This document shows positions 47,514 to 57,356 of a DNA stretch of 64,000 bases, in pieces. The DNA comes from an uncultured Acidimicrobiales bacterium. Its GTDB lineage: Bacteria > Actinomycetota > Acidimicrobiia > Acidimicrobiales > SZUA-35. The DNA is taken from assembly GCA_938029215.1 (NCBI GenBank), contig CALHFG010000018.1, positions 4,632 to 68,631 on the forward strand, in the 5' to 3' direction. The translations under genes were made by a program, and so were the position numbers. The notes beneath the pieces are model-generated. The model was given only the letters and a program-made list of their open reading frames with translations. It had not been told where the DNA came from and searched no databases. Numbering within the stretch: the first letter of the stretch is position 1; every line of letters starts with the position of its first letter.

Positions 47514-48548
47514 CTATATGCGTCTCGGCTCTCTGTCCTCGAGCGTGAAGATGGTATTACGAACCTCGGCTATACAGCTGTCGATCTCGGCGACGGCCGC
47601 TGCGCCTGCATCCTGCAGCCGTTTTGGGTCTGATCCGGCCGCCTGCAGTCGAATGCCGGCAGCGAACAGCCGTTGGATCACACTGTCTTGAAGTCGCCGA
47701 GCAATCCGCTCCCGCTCTTGAGCGAGACCAAGCTGTGCCTCGCGTGCGTTGCGACGCTCCACCTCTCGTGCCATTTCGTGTTGCTGTCTCTTTCGCTCAG
47801 CGGTTCGACGGGCCAGCGCGATCAACGACCCCCGTCCGAACGCGATCCCGTCGACCCGCTCCACAAGAACCTCTACCTCCGTTCGAGGGACTCCCGGCCC
47901 ATGGTGAATGGCGTCGTAGGTTACGACGGCCCGCTCCCCGCTGCGGAGTAGTTCGAGCATCTCCAACAACGGCACCGCGCCTGTCGGCTGTGAGACGTCA
48001 AGAAAGGACAGTCCCGAGGACAACTCGACCGAAGGGCGACCGATCTGTTCCTGAGCGGCACGGTTCGTATACCAAAGTCCGAACGTCTCGGAGTCGAACA
48101 TGAATACCGCCTCTGCGACCGAGTCGAGCGCTAGACGAATGGAGCGGTCATCGATCTCCTTTGCCCTCCGTAGAGAGATGTCTCGAACAATGGCAAGCAC
48201 CGAGAACTCCTTGCCCGTTCCGACCGGACTCAGACTGATTTCGGCTAGGAACTCAGAGCCATCGCTTCGAAGCGCAACCAGGTCGCCCGGTCGTTCGCCC
48301 ATGAACGCCGCATGCGGCTGGTCCTTGTATCGGTCGTGGTGGCCCTGATGGACAGAGCGAAGCCGCTCCGGAACAAGTGCATCCATCGTTACGTCTGCAA
48401 ACGACTTCGCCGAGTAGCCGAAAAGCGACGCTGCCGCGGGGTTGGCCCAGTTGATCTTGCCTTCAGTGCCGAAGACGATCATTGCATCGGGAGCCTCAAG
48501 AAGATGGGGCAGCGTTGCGGTCGTCATGGCGTCGGAGCCGGTGAACAA
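47514..48548 (-). CDS. PAS-PAS-HisKA_3-like protein lacking an HATPase domain, with Gln in place of the phospho-acceptor His (degenerate sensor-kinase fragment)
   Basis: Two PAS regions are followed by ERERIARRLQDSVIQRLFAAG (compare LHD in the kinase at 52722). The ORF ends 20 aa later and no ATPase domain follows. Confidence 0.55.
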   Translation of the reverse strand: MFTGSDAMTTATLPHLLEAPDAMIVFGTEGKINWANPAAASLFGYSAKSFADVTMDALVPERLRSVHQGHHDRYKDQPHAAFMGERPGDLVALRSDGSEFLAEISLSPVGTGKEFSVLAIVRDISLRRAKEIDDRSIRLALDSVAEAVFMFDSETFGLWYTNRAAQEQIGRPSVELSSGLSFLDVSQPTGAVPLLEMLELLRSGERAVVTYDAIHHGPGVPRTEVEVLVERVDGIAFGRGSLIALARRTAERKRQQHEMAREVERRNAREAQLGLAQERERIARRLQDSVIQRLFAAGIRLQAAGSDPKRLQDAGAAAVAEIDSCIAEVRNTIFTLEDREPRRI

Positions 48549-48554
48549 CGTTGA

Positions 48555-48974
48555 TTAGAGGGGTCGGCCCGGGAGGACCCGACCGGTAATCGCGTCGGTC
48601 TCGATCCGAAGAAATCGGCTCTTCACGCCCGCGGCCCAGGGCTCTACCTCGAGGTCATCGGCGAACATAAGATCGTCCAGACGCTCGAGTTCGTGGGCCT
48701 GTCCTCTCACCACGATGCTCCAACCAAACTTGCGGCGTTCGTCCACGGCGTCGACTTCGAACGCAACGTTGGGGTTAAGCACCGCGGCAGCGAGCTTCAA
48801 CCCTGGTGCGGTCTGCAAGTAGATCTCCCGTTCCCACACCTTGTAGTTGACGGGAAAGATGTCCGGTGTGTTGTTGATCACGACCGCTAGGCGCCCTACC
48901 GACTTCGCTGGCAGTAGCTCCCAGCACTCCTCTTCGGTCAGAGGCTCCAGTGATGACTTGAGGAATTCGCTCAT
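48555..48974 (-). CDS. Pyridoxamine 5'-phosphate oxidase-like (PPOX class, FMN/F420-binding split-barrel) protein
   Basis: Contains GRLAVV...PVNY...FEVD...WSIVVRG, the split-barrel signature. It resembles Rv0080-type dormancy proteins. Confidence 0.65.
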   Translation of the reverse strand: MSEFLKSSLEPLTEEECWELLPAKSVGRLAVVINNTPDIFPVNYKVWEREIYLQTAPGLKLAAAVLNPNVAFEVDAVDERRKFGWSIVVRGQAHELERLDDLMFADDLEVEPWAAGVKSRFLRIETDAITGRVLPGRPL

Positions 48975-49114
48975 ATTTCAACCTTCAACCCGTTGAGCGA
49001 GGTTCATCTAGGGCATTTGGTCCTGGCGTCGCGATGGAGAGACAAAGGTCCCTAGTCCAAAGCCCGTCACGGAGGGACGCTCAATTCAGAGAAGGACAAC
49101 CAAAGGAGCCGACC

Positions 49115-49948
49115 GTGTTCAATCGAATTCTCGTCCCCCTGGACGACACAAATACCTCACTGCGAGCCCTGAAGCCAGCGGAAGCATTCGCAAAAGCCAC
49201 CGGTGCCGAGCTCGTGGTCGCGACGGTGCTGTTTGCCGAGGTAATCGATGCCAACGAGCGAGCCGAAGCGCTCAAAGACCGAGTGAAGCGGTATGGCGTC
49301 GAGCCCGATCGCGCCGAAGTCAGGGTGAGCCCAGTTTCGGTTGAGGAAGGCATCGCCGACCTCATCGACGCAGACACGTTGGTCGTGATCGGCAGCGTGG
49401 GACACCCTCACACCCAGAAGCCATTTGGAAACGTTTCAGAACAGATCATCCATAGTCGCCGTGACGGGCTCAGTGTTGTCGTCGGCCCCAAGGTCGATGT
49501 GGACAACTACACCTTGGCCGGGCCGGTATTCGCCGCCATCGACCCGGCCGCGCCTTCGGATGAGTTGCTCGCCGCATTTACACGAATTTCCCAGGAACTT
49601 GGGATGGCTCCATGGCTTGTCTCGGTGGTCCAGGAGATCAAGGTTCCCGCGGGCATCGGCGGTCTCCCCGGCTATGACGTGCCACTCGAAACCAATCAAC
49701 TCAGGCAGTTAGCTCACCGAGTGGAGGCCCGAGGGACCGGCACCGTGAACTACGAGGTGCTTCATCACGCCAATGCGGCAAAGGAGGTCAACCGCTTCGC
49801 AAAGGACTGGAACGCGTCACTCATCGCAGTTGCGACCCGGGAACGCGGCGGCCTCAGCCGACTCGTGTTCGGCAGCGTGGCAATTGACATCATCCGCAAG
49901 TCGGCGGCACCGGTGCTCGCCGTACACACAGACAGGACAAAGAAATGA
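49115..49948 (+). CDS. Universal stress protein (tandem Usp domains)
   Basis: A GTG start is preceded by AAAGGAG with a 6-nt spacer. The sequence contains ILVPLDDTNTSLRAL ... LIAVATRERGGLSRLVFGSV. Confidence 0.7.
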   Translation: MFNRILVPLDDTNTSLRALKPAEAFAKATGAELVVATVLFAEVIDANERAEALKDRVKRYGVEPDRAEVRVSPVSVEEGIADLIDADTLVVIGSVGHPHTQKPFGNVSEQIIHSRRDGLSVVVGPKVDVDNYTLAGPVFAAIDPAAPSDELLAAFTRISQELGMAPWLVSVVQEIKVPAGIGGLPGYDVPLETNQLRQLAHRVEARGTGTVNYEVLHHANAAKEVNRFAKDWNASLIAVATRERGGLSRLVFGSVAIDIIRKSAAPVLAVHTDRTKK

Positions 49949-50415
49949 ACAGAAAGATCGTCGTAGCAGTCGATGACTCGACCCGAGCCAACGCCGTGCT
50001 GTCGTGGGCTTTGGATCACGCCAACCCGACCGATGAAGTTGTCGCTCTCGCGGTTTGGAACCTCGGTTTGGCCGGAGGCTTCGAGAATCCGTTCTCAAGT
50101 CTCAATGAAGCCCAAATCAAGGCCACGACCCGAGTGAACAGCCTGATCGAGCGGGCGACACGAGGCCGATGGGCTGATGGCGAACCCAGTGTGTCAGTTC
50201 ACGCCGACGTGCGGCACGGCGACACGGCTACCGAACTCGTGGACGCGTCGGACGGGGCAGACCTCCTGGTGCTTGGGAACTGCCACTACAACAGGCCGGG
50301 TCAGTTGGGTTCGGTTGCCAAAGCGACGCTCTATGGCGCCAAGTGCGCCGTCGTCCTGGTGCCCGTACAGGTGGATGCTGACGCCGAGACTGGCACGATG
50401 ACGGCGACCATCTGA
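49945..50415 (+). CDS. Universal stress protein (single domain)
   Basis: Contains IVVAVDDSTRAN ... LLVLGNCHYN. Its ATGA overlaps the upstream Usp stop. Confidence 0.7.
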   Translation: MNRKIVVAVDDSTRANAVLSWALDHANPTDEVVALAVWNLGLAGGFENPFSSLNEAQIKATTRVNSLIERATRGRWADGEPSVSVHADVRHGDTATELVDASDGADLLVLGNCHYNRPGQLGSVAKATLYGAKCAVVLVPVQVDADAETGTMTATI

Positions 50416-50435
50416 CCCCTATATCCACCGGCCAT

Positions 50436-52115
50436 CTACGGGCTACGCCTCGACAGATGCTCTCGATAGTGGGCAACGGCGGCATTGATCGTTGGGTGAA
50501 TTGATTGCCGACCCAGGCGGTCGATCATGCCGCTGCGACTCAGCACGTCGAGTACATCTGGGTTGGGTCGGGCAAAGGCGATGGTGACGCCCCGATCGGT
50601 GAGCGTCTCATGAAGTTCGAGAAGGTGATCCGCTGCGGTCGCATCGATGGAACCCACCCCCTCCATGTCGAGGATCATGTGGTGCTCCTCGCCCGGCTGG
50701 TGTTCGGCGAGATCGAACAGGGTCGACCGGTAATGCTCCGCGTTGGCGAAGAACAGTGGGGCATCGAACCGGTAGACCAATAGGCCTACCTCGGGCGACG
50801 CTCGAGGGTCGGTCTTGTCGATCCAGCCGGCCAAACCCTCTGCTGCGCCGAGGGCTGCATGGGCAGGGCGAGCAATCCGTGCCATCGCCATCAAAATCGC
50901 CAACGCCACTGCAATCAGGACTCCAAGCAACAGGTCGGTCGTGATCACGGCAAGGCACGTCACCCCCGCCAGCGCAGCTTCCTGACCGTTGATTGCCACG
51001 AGGTCACGAAATCCGCGGAGGTCGATGACGGCAACGGCAGCGGCGACAATCACCGCCGCCAGTGCTGGCCGGGGAATCTCGGCAAGAACCGACGTCCCCA
51101 CCAAGAGGAACACCACGACGGTTACGAACGTCACGATGCTGGACATCTGTGACCGGCTCCCGATGGTCGCCGGCACGATCGATCGGGACGCGCTGGATGA
51201 CATCGGGAAGCCGCCCGTGAAGGCAGCCGCAAGATTGATGGCTCCGAGCGAACCGAGTTCTCGGTTTGCGTCGATGGCGTAGCGCTTCTTGGACGCGATA
51301 GCCCGAGCCGTCAAGACGTTGTCGGTAAAGCCGATCAGGGTCAGTCCGAACGCGGCGGGAACCAACGACCGGACGTCCTCCGCACTTACTCCAGGCATCG
51401 AAAACGATGGCAGGGCGGCGTCGATCTCTCCAACAAGAGCAACATCGAGATCGAGCAGTCGAACGGCGACCACGGCAACGGACAGCGCTATCAGCGCCCC
51501 GGGCAGCGCGGGCCGAAGTCGCCGTAGCCCCAAGATGATCGCTAAAGCTGCGATGCCAAGGCTGGTAGACGTCGGATCGATCTCTCCGAGCTGCGTCACG
51601 AACTGCCAAGATCGCGGAAAAAAGCTGTCAGCGGTGATGCCGACACCGGTGAAACTTCGCAGCTGGCTGCTGAGGAGCGTGAGACCAACACCGCTGATGT
51701 AGCCGACAAGGACCGGTTTCGAAAGTAGATCGGCGACGAACCCCAACCGCAAAACGCCGCCTACCGCCGCGAGCAGCCCCACCATTCCCGCCAGCAAAGC
51801 CATGAGCTCGAGATAGCGCTGAGGGTCCCCGTCGGCCAATGGAGCGATCGAAAGCGCTGCCAAGACCGCGGTCCCCGGCTCTGGGCCGACCCCGAGATGG
51901 CGACTGGTGCCAACGAGGGCATACACCGGCAGGGCAACGAGCGCGGCTCGGAACCCGGCCGACGGCGGCAAGCCGCCCAATTCGGCGTACGCCATCGCCT
52001 GTGGAACCAACATTGCCGCCACGGTGAGTCCCGCAAGTACATCGGGCTTGCACCAATGGGCGCGGTAGGTACGGGACCGTAGATCTTGGGGAAGTGAGGA
52101 CGCTGGAGTGGACAC
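50436..52115 (-). CDS. SulP-family anion permease with STAS domain (second paralog)
   Basis: Contains VLAGLTVAAMLVPQAMAYAELGGLPP and a C-terminal STAS-like domain. Confidence 0.8.
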   Translation of the reverse strand: MSTPASSLPQDLRSRTYRAHWCKPDVLAGLTVAAMLVPQAMAYAELGGLPPSAGFRAALVALPVYALVGTSRHLGVGPEPGTAVLAALSIAPLADGDPQRYLELMALLAGMVGLLAAVGGVLRLGFVADLLSKPVLVGYISGVGLTLLSSQLRSFTGVGITADSFFPRSWQFVTQLGEIDPTSTSLGIAALAIILGLRRLRPALPGALIALSVAVVAVRLLDLDVALVGEIDAALPSFSMPGVSAEDVRSLVPAAFGLTLIGFTDNVLTARAIASKKRYAIDANRELGSLGAINLAAAFTGGFPMSSSASRSIVPATIGSRSQMSSIVTFVTVVVFLLVGTSVLAEIPRPALAAVIVAAAVAVIDLRGFRDLVAINGQEAALAGVTCLAVITTDLLLGVLIAVALAILMAMARIARPAHAALGAAEGLAGWIDKTDPRASPEVGLLVYRFDAPLFFANAEHYRSTLFDLAEHQPGEEHHMILDMEGVGSIDATAADHLLELHETLTDRGVTIAFARPNPDVLDVLSRSGMIDRLGRQSIHPTINAAVAHYREHLSRRSP

Positions 52116-52134
52116 CTAGCTTGAACTGTACGTG

Positions 52135-52563
52135 CTAGGTGATTCGCCGTCCGGTGATCTTGGCGGGCACGATGCGTACCCAGCGATTCTGACCCGGATC
52201 CTCTGCCCACGGCCGGAGCCCAAGGTTCTCCGCCGTCTCGAAACCGGCGTGATCTTCGATTTCCTCGGCTTGCCCCACGACGAGAACGCTCCAGCCGGTG
52301 CGACTATCACGGTCCCACCGATCTACTTCGAACGCAATGTTCTGGTCAGAGGCGACGGCGTGGAGTTTGCGCCCTGCCGAGGTGCGGAACACGATCGTGT
52401 CGTCGACGAATCGATAGTTCACCGGCAAAATATGCTGTTCTCCAGCAAAGCTGAACCCAATTCTTCCTACCGGGGTACGTAAAAGAAGTGACTTGCACTC
52501 GCTTACTGTTAGCTCGCCCAGAGCGGTCGGTCCCGAAGTAGTGGGGGTGGCGGGTACAGCCAT
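52135..52563 (-). CDS. PPOX-class split-barrel (pyridoxamine 5'-phosphate oxidase-like) protein, second paralog
   Basis: Contains GRIGF...PVNY...FEVD...WSVLVVG. An internal Met start (MAVPATP) is likely. Confidence 0.6.
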   Translation of the reverse strand: MAVPATPTTSGPTALGELTVSECKSLLLRTPVGRIGFSFAGEQHILPVNYRFVDDTIVFRTSAGRKLHAVASDQNIAFEVDRWDRDSRTGWSVLVVGQAEEIEDHAGFETAENLGLRPWAEDPGQNRWVRIVPAKITGRRIT

Positions 52564-52721
52564 GCTGAACTCCTTTGGTTCGCGGGAGAGGCTCTTTCTC
52601 CCTAGATCCATCCTGTTCTGTTCGTTTGTCTCGTTCTAGGGTCCTTAGTCCTCTGAGCTCGCTGTGCAGTCAAAGAGCTAGCATGTGGCCCTGAACTTGG
52701 CGACCGTGCGGAGGACTGACC

Positions 52722-54488
52722 GTGGACAACTTTGACGGCACCGAGACCGAACGTGCCGCATGGGCCATGGTGGAAAGCTCCCCCGATGGCATGCTCCTCG
52801 CCGATGAACAGGGTCAGATTCTGCTCGTCAACACCCAAGTTGAAGAACTCTTTGGGTACACACGCGCCGAGCTGCTGGGGCTGAGCATCGAGGTGTTGGT
52901 GCCGGAACGGCTACGGAAAGTGCATTCCGCGCACCGAACCCGATACCGAGTCGACCCGAAGCCTCGCTCGATGGGCGGAGACCTCGACCTTCGGGCACTC
53001 CGCAAAGACGGAACAGAGTTCCCGGTCGAAGTGTCACTCAGTCCGCTCCAGACCGGAAGCGAGACCCGTGTGATCGCCACGATTCGTGACGTCACGTTGC
53101 GGTATGAAGCCGAGGCCGAGTCGCACGCCGTGCTTCACACCATGAACGCCACTCGCGATGGCGTATTCATGTTCGACCCCGACACTTTGGCCTTTACCTA
53201 TGTAAACGAAGGTGCCGTGCGGCAACTCGGCTACACGAGGGACGAACTCCTCGGCATGACCCCACTTCACATCAAACCGATGTTCGATGAAGGGTCGTTT
53301 CGAGAGCTGTTGCGACCCCTTGTTTCCGACGAAGTGAAATCTCATGTCTTTACGACAAGTCATCGACGCAAAAGCGGTGAAGACGTCCCTGTCGAGATCA
53401 TCCTCGAATACCCAGAGGCAGTAGATGCGGGTCGCAGTCGCCGGCTGGTGGCCATCGTCCGAGACATCTCAGAGCGAGTCCAGGCCGATCTGGCGTTGGC
53501 CACGAGCGAGGAAGCATTCCGCACCGCGTTTGACTCCGCCCCGGTCGGCATGGCGCTGGTGGACTTCAATGATCCGGTACGACGCCCGATCACCCGGGTG
53601 AATCAAGCTCTTTGTGAGTACTTGGGTTATGAAGCCGACCAGCTTTTGACGATGGGGTTCGCAGAACTCACCCATCCCGATGATGCCGAAGTCAGCGATC
53701 AACAAGCGCTTCGAGCCGTCGATGGAAAAGCGTCCCAGTTTGCGGTAGAGAAGCGATACCTGCACGCCGATGGACATGCCGTTTGGGCGTGGGTCCACTC
53801 GGCGGTGCTCGATAACGGCATCGACTCCCCTACCAGCGTGCTGGTACACGTTGCGGACATGACCGAAGCACGCCGAGCTCAGCAGGATGAGGCTCGTCTT
53901 CGGATCCTGGAGGACCGAGAGCGGCTCGCTGAAGACCTCCATGATCTCATCATCCAACGACTGTTTGCAGCAGGAATGGGTCTGCAGTCGCTGCAGACCC
54001 GCGTTACCGACCCGATCACCGCCGACCGTCTGGCCCGTACCGTCGACGAGTTGGACCACACCATCGCGGATCTCCGGAACGCCATTTTCCGCCTGCACTC
54101 TCCGTTTGAATCAAGCGTGCGGCACGACATCGAAGAGGCGGTCCACAATGCCAATCGCTCACTTGGGTTCACGCCTCAGCTCACCTTTGAAGGCGACCCC
54201 AGTCAGATCGCAGCTCCGGTAGCCGAACAACTGATGCCAGTTCTGTCAGAGGCACTCATGAATATTGCCAAACATGCTGATGCAACCGCCGCCGCGGTAT
54301 CGCTCGCAATCGACGAGCGGGTGGAGCTCACAATCCGCGACAACGGCTGCGGGTTCGTCGAGCAGCGTACGGGAGGTCATGGGATCAATAACATGCGCTC
54401 CCGAGCCGAGCGACTTGGTGGCACTGTCGCCCTCGAGTCACCCGCCGACGGCGGCACACAGTTGGTGTGGACCGCCGTCAACCGCTAG
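52722..54488 (+). CDS. Multi-PAS sensor histidine kinase (HisKA_3 + HATPase_c; DevS/DosS-like partner of a NarL-family regulator)
   Basis: Three PAS regions, the H-box RERLAEDLHDLIIQRLFAAG, and N/G boxes (...GHGINNMRSRAERLGGTVALESPADGGTQ). Confidence 0.8.
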   Translation: MDNFDGTETERAAWAMVESSPDGMLLADEQGQILLVNTQVEELFGYTRAELLGLSIEVLVPERLRKVHSAHRTRYRVDPKPRSMGGDLDLRALRKDGTEFPVEVSLSPLQTGSETRVIATIRDVTLRYEAEAESHAVLHTMNATRDGVFMFDPDTLAFTYVNEGAVRQLGYTRDELLGMTPLHIKPMFDEGSFRELLRPLVSDEVKSHVFTTSHRRKSGEDVPVEIILEYPEAVDAGRSRRLVAIVRDISERVQADLALATSEEAFRTAFDSAPVGMALVDFNDPVRRPITRVNQALCEYLGYEADQLLTMGFAELTHPDDAEVSDQQALRAVDGKASQFAVEKRYLHADGHAVWAWVHSAVLDNGIDSPTSVLVHVADMTEARRAQQDEARLRILEDRERLAEDLHDLIIQRLFAAGMGLQSLQTRVTDPITADRLARTVDELDHTIADLRNAIFRLHSPFESSVRHDIEEAVHNANRSLGFTPQLTFEGDPSQIAAPVAEQLMPVLSEALMNIAKHADATAAAVSLAIDERVELTIRDNGCGFVEQRTGGHGINNMRSRAERLGGTVALESPADGGTQLVWTAVNR

Positions 54489-54494
54489 AGGCGC

Positions 54495-54944
54495 TCAGTC
54501 GGCGTCTTCCTTCACGACCAAGACCGAGCAGTGAGCATGATGAATAACCTTGGTGGAGACGCTTCCGTGTAGCAGCCGCTTCGCCGGGCCTTCGCCTCGA
54601 GATCCGACGACGATCAAATCAGCTCCCGTCGCATCGGCAACGTCGAGAATCCCGTCCGCTGGATCGGCACCCATCATGTGAGTAACGGGGTCAACGTCAG
54701 CAAGCTTGCAGATACTGATCGCTTTGGTGATGCGTTCCTCGCCGAAGTAGTCGGCGTGTAACTGCGGCCAAAACTCCGATGGCAGCGCCTTCTTCAGCTC
54801 ATAGAGCTGTCCCGGGGTCAGCGGACGGATGGCCGTAACGATATGGAGCTTCGCACCCTGTTCGGCGGCGATCCGAGCAGCTGCGGTAACCGCCTTTTCG
54901 GCGTTTGTTGAGCCGTCGGTTGCGGCGACGATTGTCTTGAACAT
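54495..54944 (-). CDS. Universal stress protein
   Basis: Contains MFKTIVAATDGSTNA...LIVVGSRGEG...HHAHCSVLVV. Confidence 0.75.
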   Translation of the reverse strand: MFKTIVAATDGSTNAEKAVTAAARIAAEQGAKLHIVTAIRPLTPGQLYELKKALPSEFWPQLHADYFGEERITKAISICKLADVDPVTHMMGADPADGILDVADATGADLIVVGSRGEGPAKRLLHGSVSTKVIHHAHCSVLVVKEDAD

Positions 54945-55144
54945 AGTGACCTCCTGTAGATGGGCTCCCTTTCAGCATGCGTCGCCTTGGGCACTCCTCG
55001 GAAGGGCCCAAGGTCCCTCGGTCACGACACCTGCGGTGAAGGTTCGGTATCGACCATCGGTGACCTACGGCCCTTCTACCGCTGTCGTATACCGACGAGG
55101 GTGGAGGTGAGCACCAAAGCTGTGCCAATAACGAAGGAGAGCCA

Positions 55145-56566
55145 ATGCCGGATGGAAGAGTTCACCGCATCGACCCCGACACCGAGTCGGTATACATCAT
55201 TCGCCGAGGTCGCACCTACCGAGCACCCCTGAACGAAGTCGAGGCTGCAGCCCGGGTTCCGAGCGCTCGCGTGCAGTTCGGTCTGCGCAGGCGCAACGGC
55301 GAAGAAAGCGCCGAAGGCGTGACCTTGCGTCGAGGCACGCGCACCAACAAGCGTCACCGCCGGTTCGGCGACCTCACCGGAGCCGCCCGTCCCGGCGCCA
55401 AGACTCGAACCCGGACCCAGCAAGACTTCGGAATCGATGTCACGACACAGCCGCGCCGAGTCGCGGAGGCATGGGTGAACGCTATGAATACCGCGGACTT
55501 CGACGGCGCAGCCTCGCTGTACTTGCCCGAGGCCAAAGTTCACACCGATGCCGGCACCATTTCTGGACGCCGCAAGGTTCGGGCCGCCCTCGAAGACTGT
55601 GGATGGGAAGTTGGGCAATCTGATGTCACGTTCCACGTCGACGATCGCTTCGTGGACATCCATCACGGCGGTTCGGCCCACGAGCTGGATTCTTCGCTCA
55701 TGATCAGCAAAGGTGCGATCGTTGAGCACTGGTTCGGACCCAGCTATGAAAGCGGTGCCGAGAAAGAGGACGATCAGCCTGTCATCGAGGTTGTAAACCG
55801 AACCGGTGTCAGCGCCGTAGCGGTCACGAATGCCGAGGAACGAATGTCGACGGTGATCGCCGGCATTCCGGAGAAGGTTTTGTCGGCGCGCATCAAATTG
55901 GCACTCGCTCCGAAACCACGGTCCATGCTTGCCGCCCACGTCGAAACAACGTTCGAACTGGAGAACGGCGGTGTCATTCGCGTCCACGCCGGCGCAACAA
56001 CGCTTTCCGAGGCGATCGACCAGGCGCTCTCAAAGTTCGCCGCAAAGCTGGAACGCACACGCGATCGAGATCGACACAACCCGACGGGCGTAGCTCCGAA
56101 CCCCAACCAATGGCGTCACGCCAACCGGCCAAGCGACGGGCTTCCCTATTTCGATCGACCTCCGGAAGAACGGGAAATCGTTCGCCACAAGACAGTCGCG
56201 GCAGCGCAGATGACGATCGAGGAGGCCGCATGGGACGCCGATCTCATGGCGTTTGACTTCTTCCTCTTCGAGGAGATCTCCACCGGTCATGATTGCCTCC
56301 TCGAACGCAATGACGACGCATACGTCGTGTACGGCATGGGACTGGGAGTCCAGACCATCCCCAGCGCGATGGGAGATCTCAACACCAGCGATGCGACCGT
56401 TCCCACAGAACGGCTGAGTGCTGCGATCGAGATACTCCATGGTTCCGGAGCGCCGTACCACTTCTTCATTAACGAAGCGACCGGCAGAGGGAACGTGATC
56501 TATCGACGACTAGACGGCCACTACGGCTTGATCACGCCTCGGGTCAGCGTCACTCGTACCGACTGA
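55145..56566 (+). CDS. Long ribosome hibernation-promoting factor (HPF/RafH-like) with an extra ~230-aa N-terminal NTF2/SnoaL-like region and a duplicated C-terminal domain
   Basis: The mid-section ...VIRVHAGATTLSEAIDQALSKFAAKLERTRDRDR matches the HPF N-domain tail. Two HPF-CTD-like segments follow: DLMAFDFFLFEEISTGHDCLLERNDDAYVVYG and YHFFINEATGRGNVIYRRLDGHYGLITP. A strong SD (AAGGAGAG) precedes the ATG. Confidence 0.55.
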   Translation: MPDGRVHRIDPDTESVYIIRRGRTYRAPLNEVEAAARVPSARVQFGLRRRNGEESAEGVTLRRGTRTNKRHRRFGDLTGAARPGAKTRTRTQQDFGIDVTTQPRRVAEAWVNAMNTADFDGAASLYLPEAKVHTDAGTISGRRKVRAALEDCGWEVGQSDVTFHVDDRFVDIHHGGSAHELDSSLMISKGAIVEHWFGPSYESGAEKEDDQPVIEVVNRTGVSAVAVTNAEERMSTVIAGIPEKVLSARIKLALAPKPRSMLAAHVETTFELENGGVIRVHAGATTLSEAIDQALSKFAAKLERTRDRDRHNPTGVAPNPNQWRHANRPSDGLPYFDRPPEEREIVRHKTVAAAQMTIEEAAWDADLMAFDFFLFEEISTGHDCLLERNDDAYVVYGMGLGVQTIPSAMGDLNTSDATVPTERLSAAIEILHGSGAPYHFFINEATGRGNVIYRRLDGHYGLITPRVSVTRTD

Positions 56567-56593
56567 GCACAAGGAGCGGGTGTTCGGTCCCAC

Positions 56594-57280
56594 TCACTCG
56601 TACCGTTTGCGAGCCCGTTCATCGAGACGGGCCGCAAATGCGGCGGCCTCGGTTCGGCGGGTCATCCCCAGCTTCGCCAGGAGATTCGACACGTAATTCT
56701 TGACCGTCTTTTCGGCAAGGAACATCTCATCAGCGATCTGACGGTTAGACCTTCCCTCACCGATGAGGTCGAAGATCCGGTGTTCTTGCGGGGTCAACGT
56801 GGAGACCAGGCCTTCTTCGCTGTCCTTGAGCCGTCCCATCGCCATCCGAACCGTGGCCGCATCGAGCAATGCAGCGCCCGAAGAGACTTTTCTGATCGAC
56901 TCGACCAAATCATTGCTCCGAATTTGCTTCAGCACATATCCAGCGGCCCCCGCGAACGAGGCATCGACTATGGCGTGGTCATCTGCAAACGACGTGAGAA
57001 TCAAGCAGGCGATCTCGGGAAACTGTGAGCGAATATCGCGGCAGACCTCGATCCCGTTGCCATCTTCGAGTCGCACATCGAGGACTGCGACATCGGGCTG
57101 GCACCGCTCGACCTCGCGCAATGCCTCGGTGGCTCCGGCTGCCTCGCCAACAACGACGATGTCGGGTTCGGCCTCGAGGAGGTCGGCAACTCCGCGGCGA
57201 ACAATCTCGTGGTCGTCGAGAAGAAAGACCCGGATCGAGTCGGTCGAGCTAGTGGGTGTCACGTCGTCTGCGCTCATCAT
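56594..57280 (-). CDS. NarL/LuxR-family response regulator (DevR/DosR-like)
   Basis: A REC domain (IRVFLLDDHEIVRRGVADLL...VAVLDVRLEDGNG) is followed by a LuxR HTH (SNRQIADEMFLAEKTVKNYVSNLLAKLG). An internal start was chosen because the ORF opening at 57379 overlaps the upstream Usp. Confidence 0.8.
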   Translation of the reverse strand: MMSADDVTPTSSTDSIRVFLLDDHEIVRRGVADLLEAEPDIVVVGEAAGATEALREVERCQPDVAVLDVRLEDGNGIEVCRDIRSQFPEIACLILTSFADDHAIVDASFAGAAGYVLKQIRSNDLVESIRKVSSGAALLDAATVRMAMGRLKDSEEGLVSTLTPQEHRIFDLIGEGRSNRQIADEMFLAEKTVKNYVSNLLAKLGMTRRTEAAAFAARLDERARKRYE

Positions 57281-57356
57281 CTTTTCCATTGTCTCGACAA
57301 CTGCCATAGCTGCCATGGTGCCCACCGATGGTAGGCGCCGGTAGGGACCAACGTCC

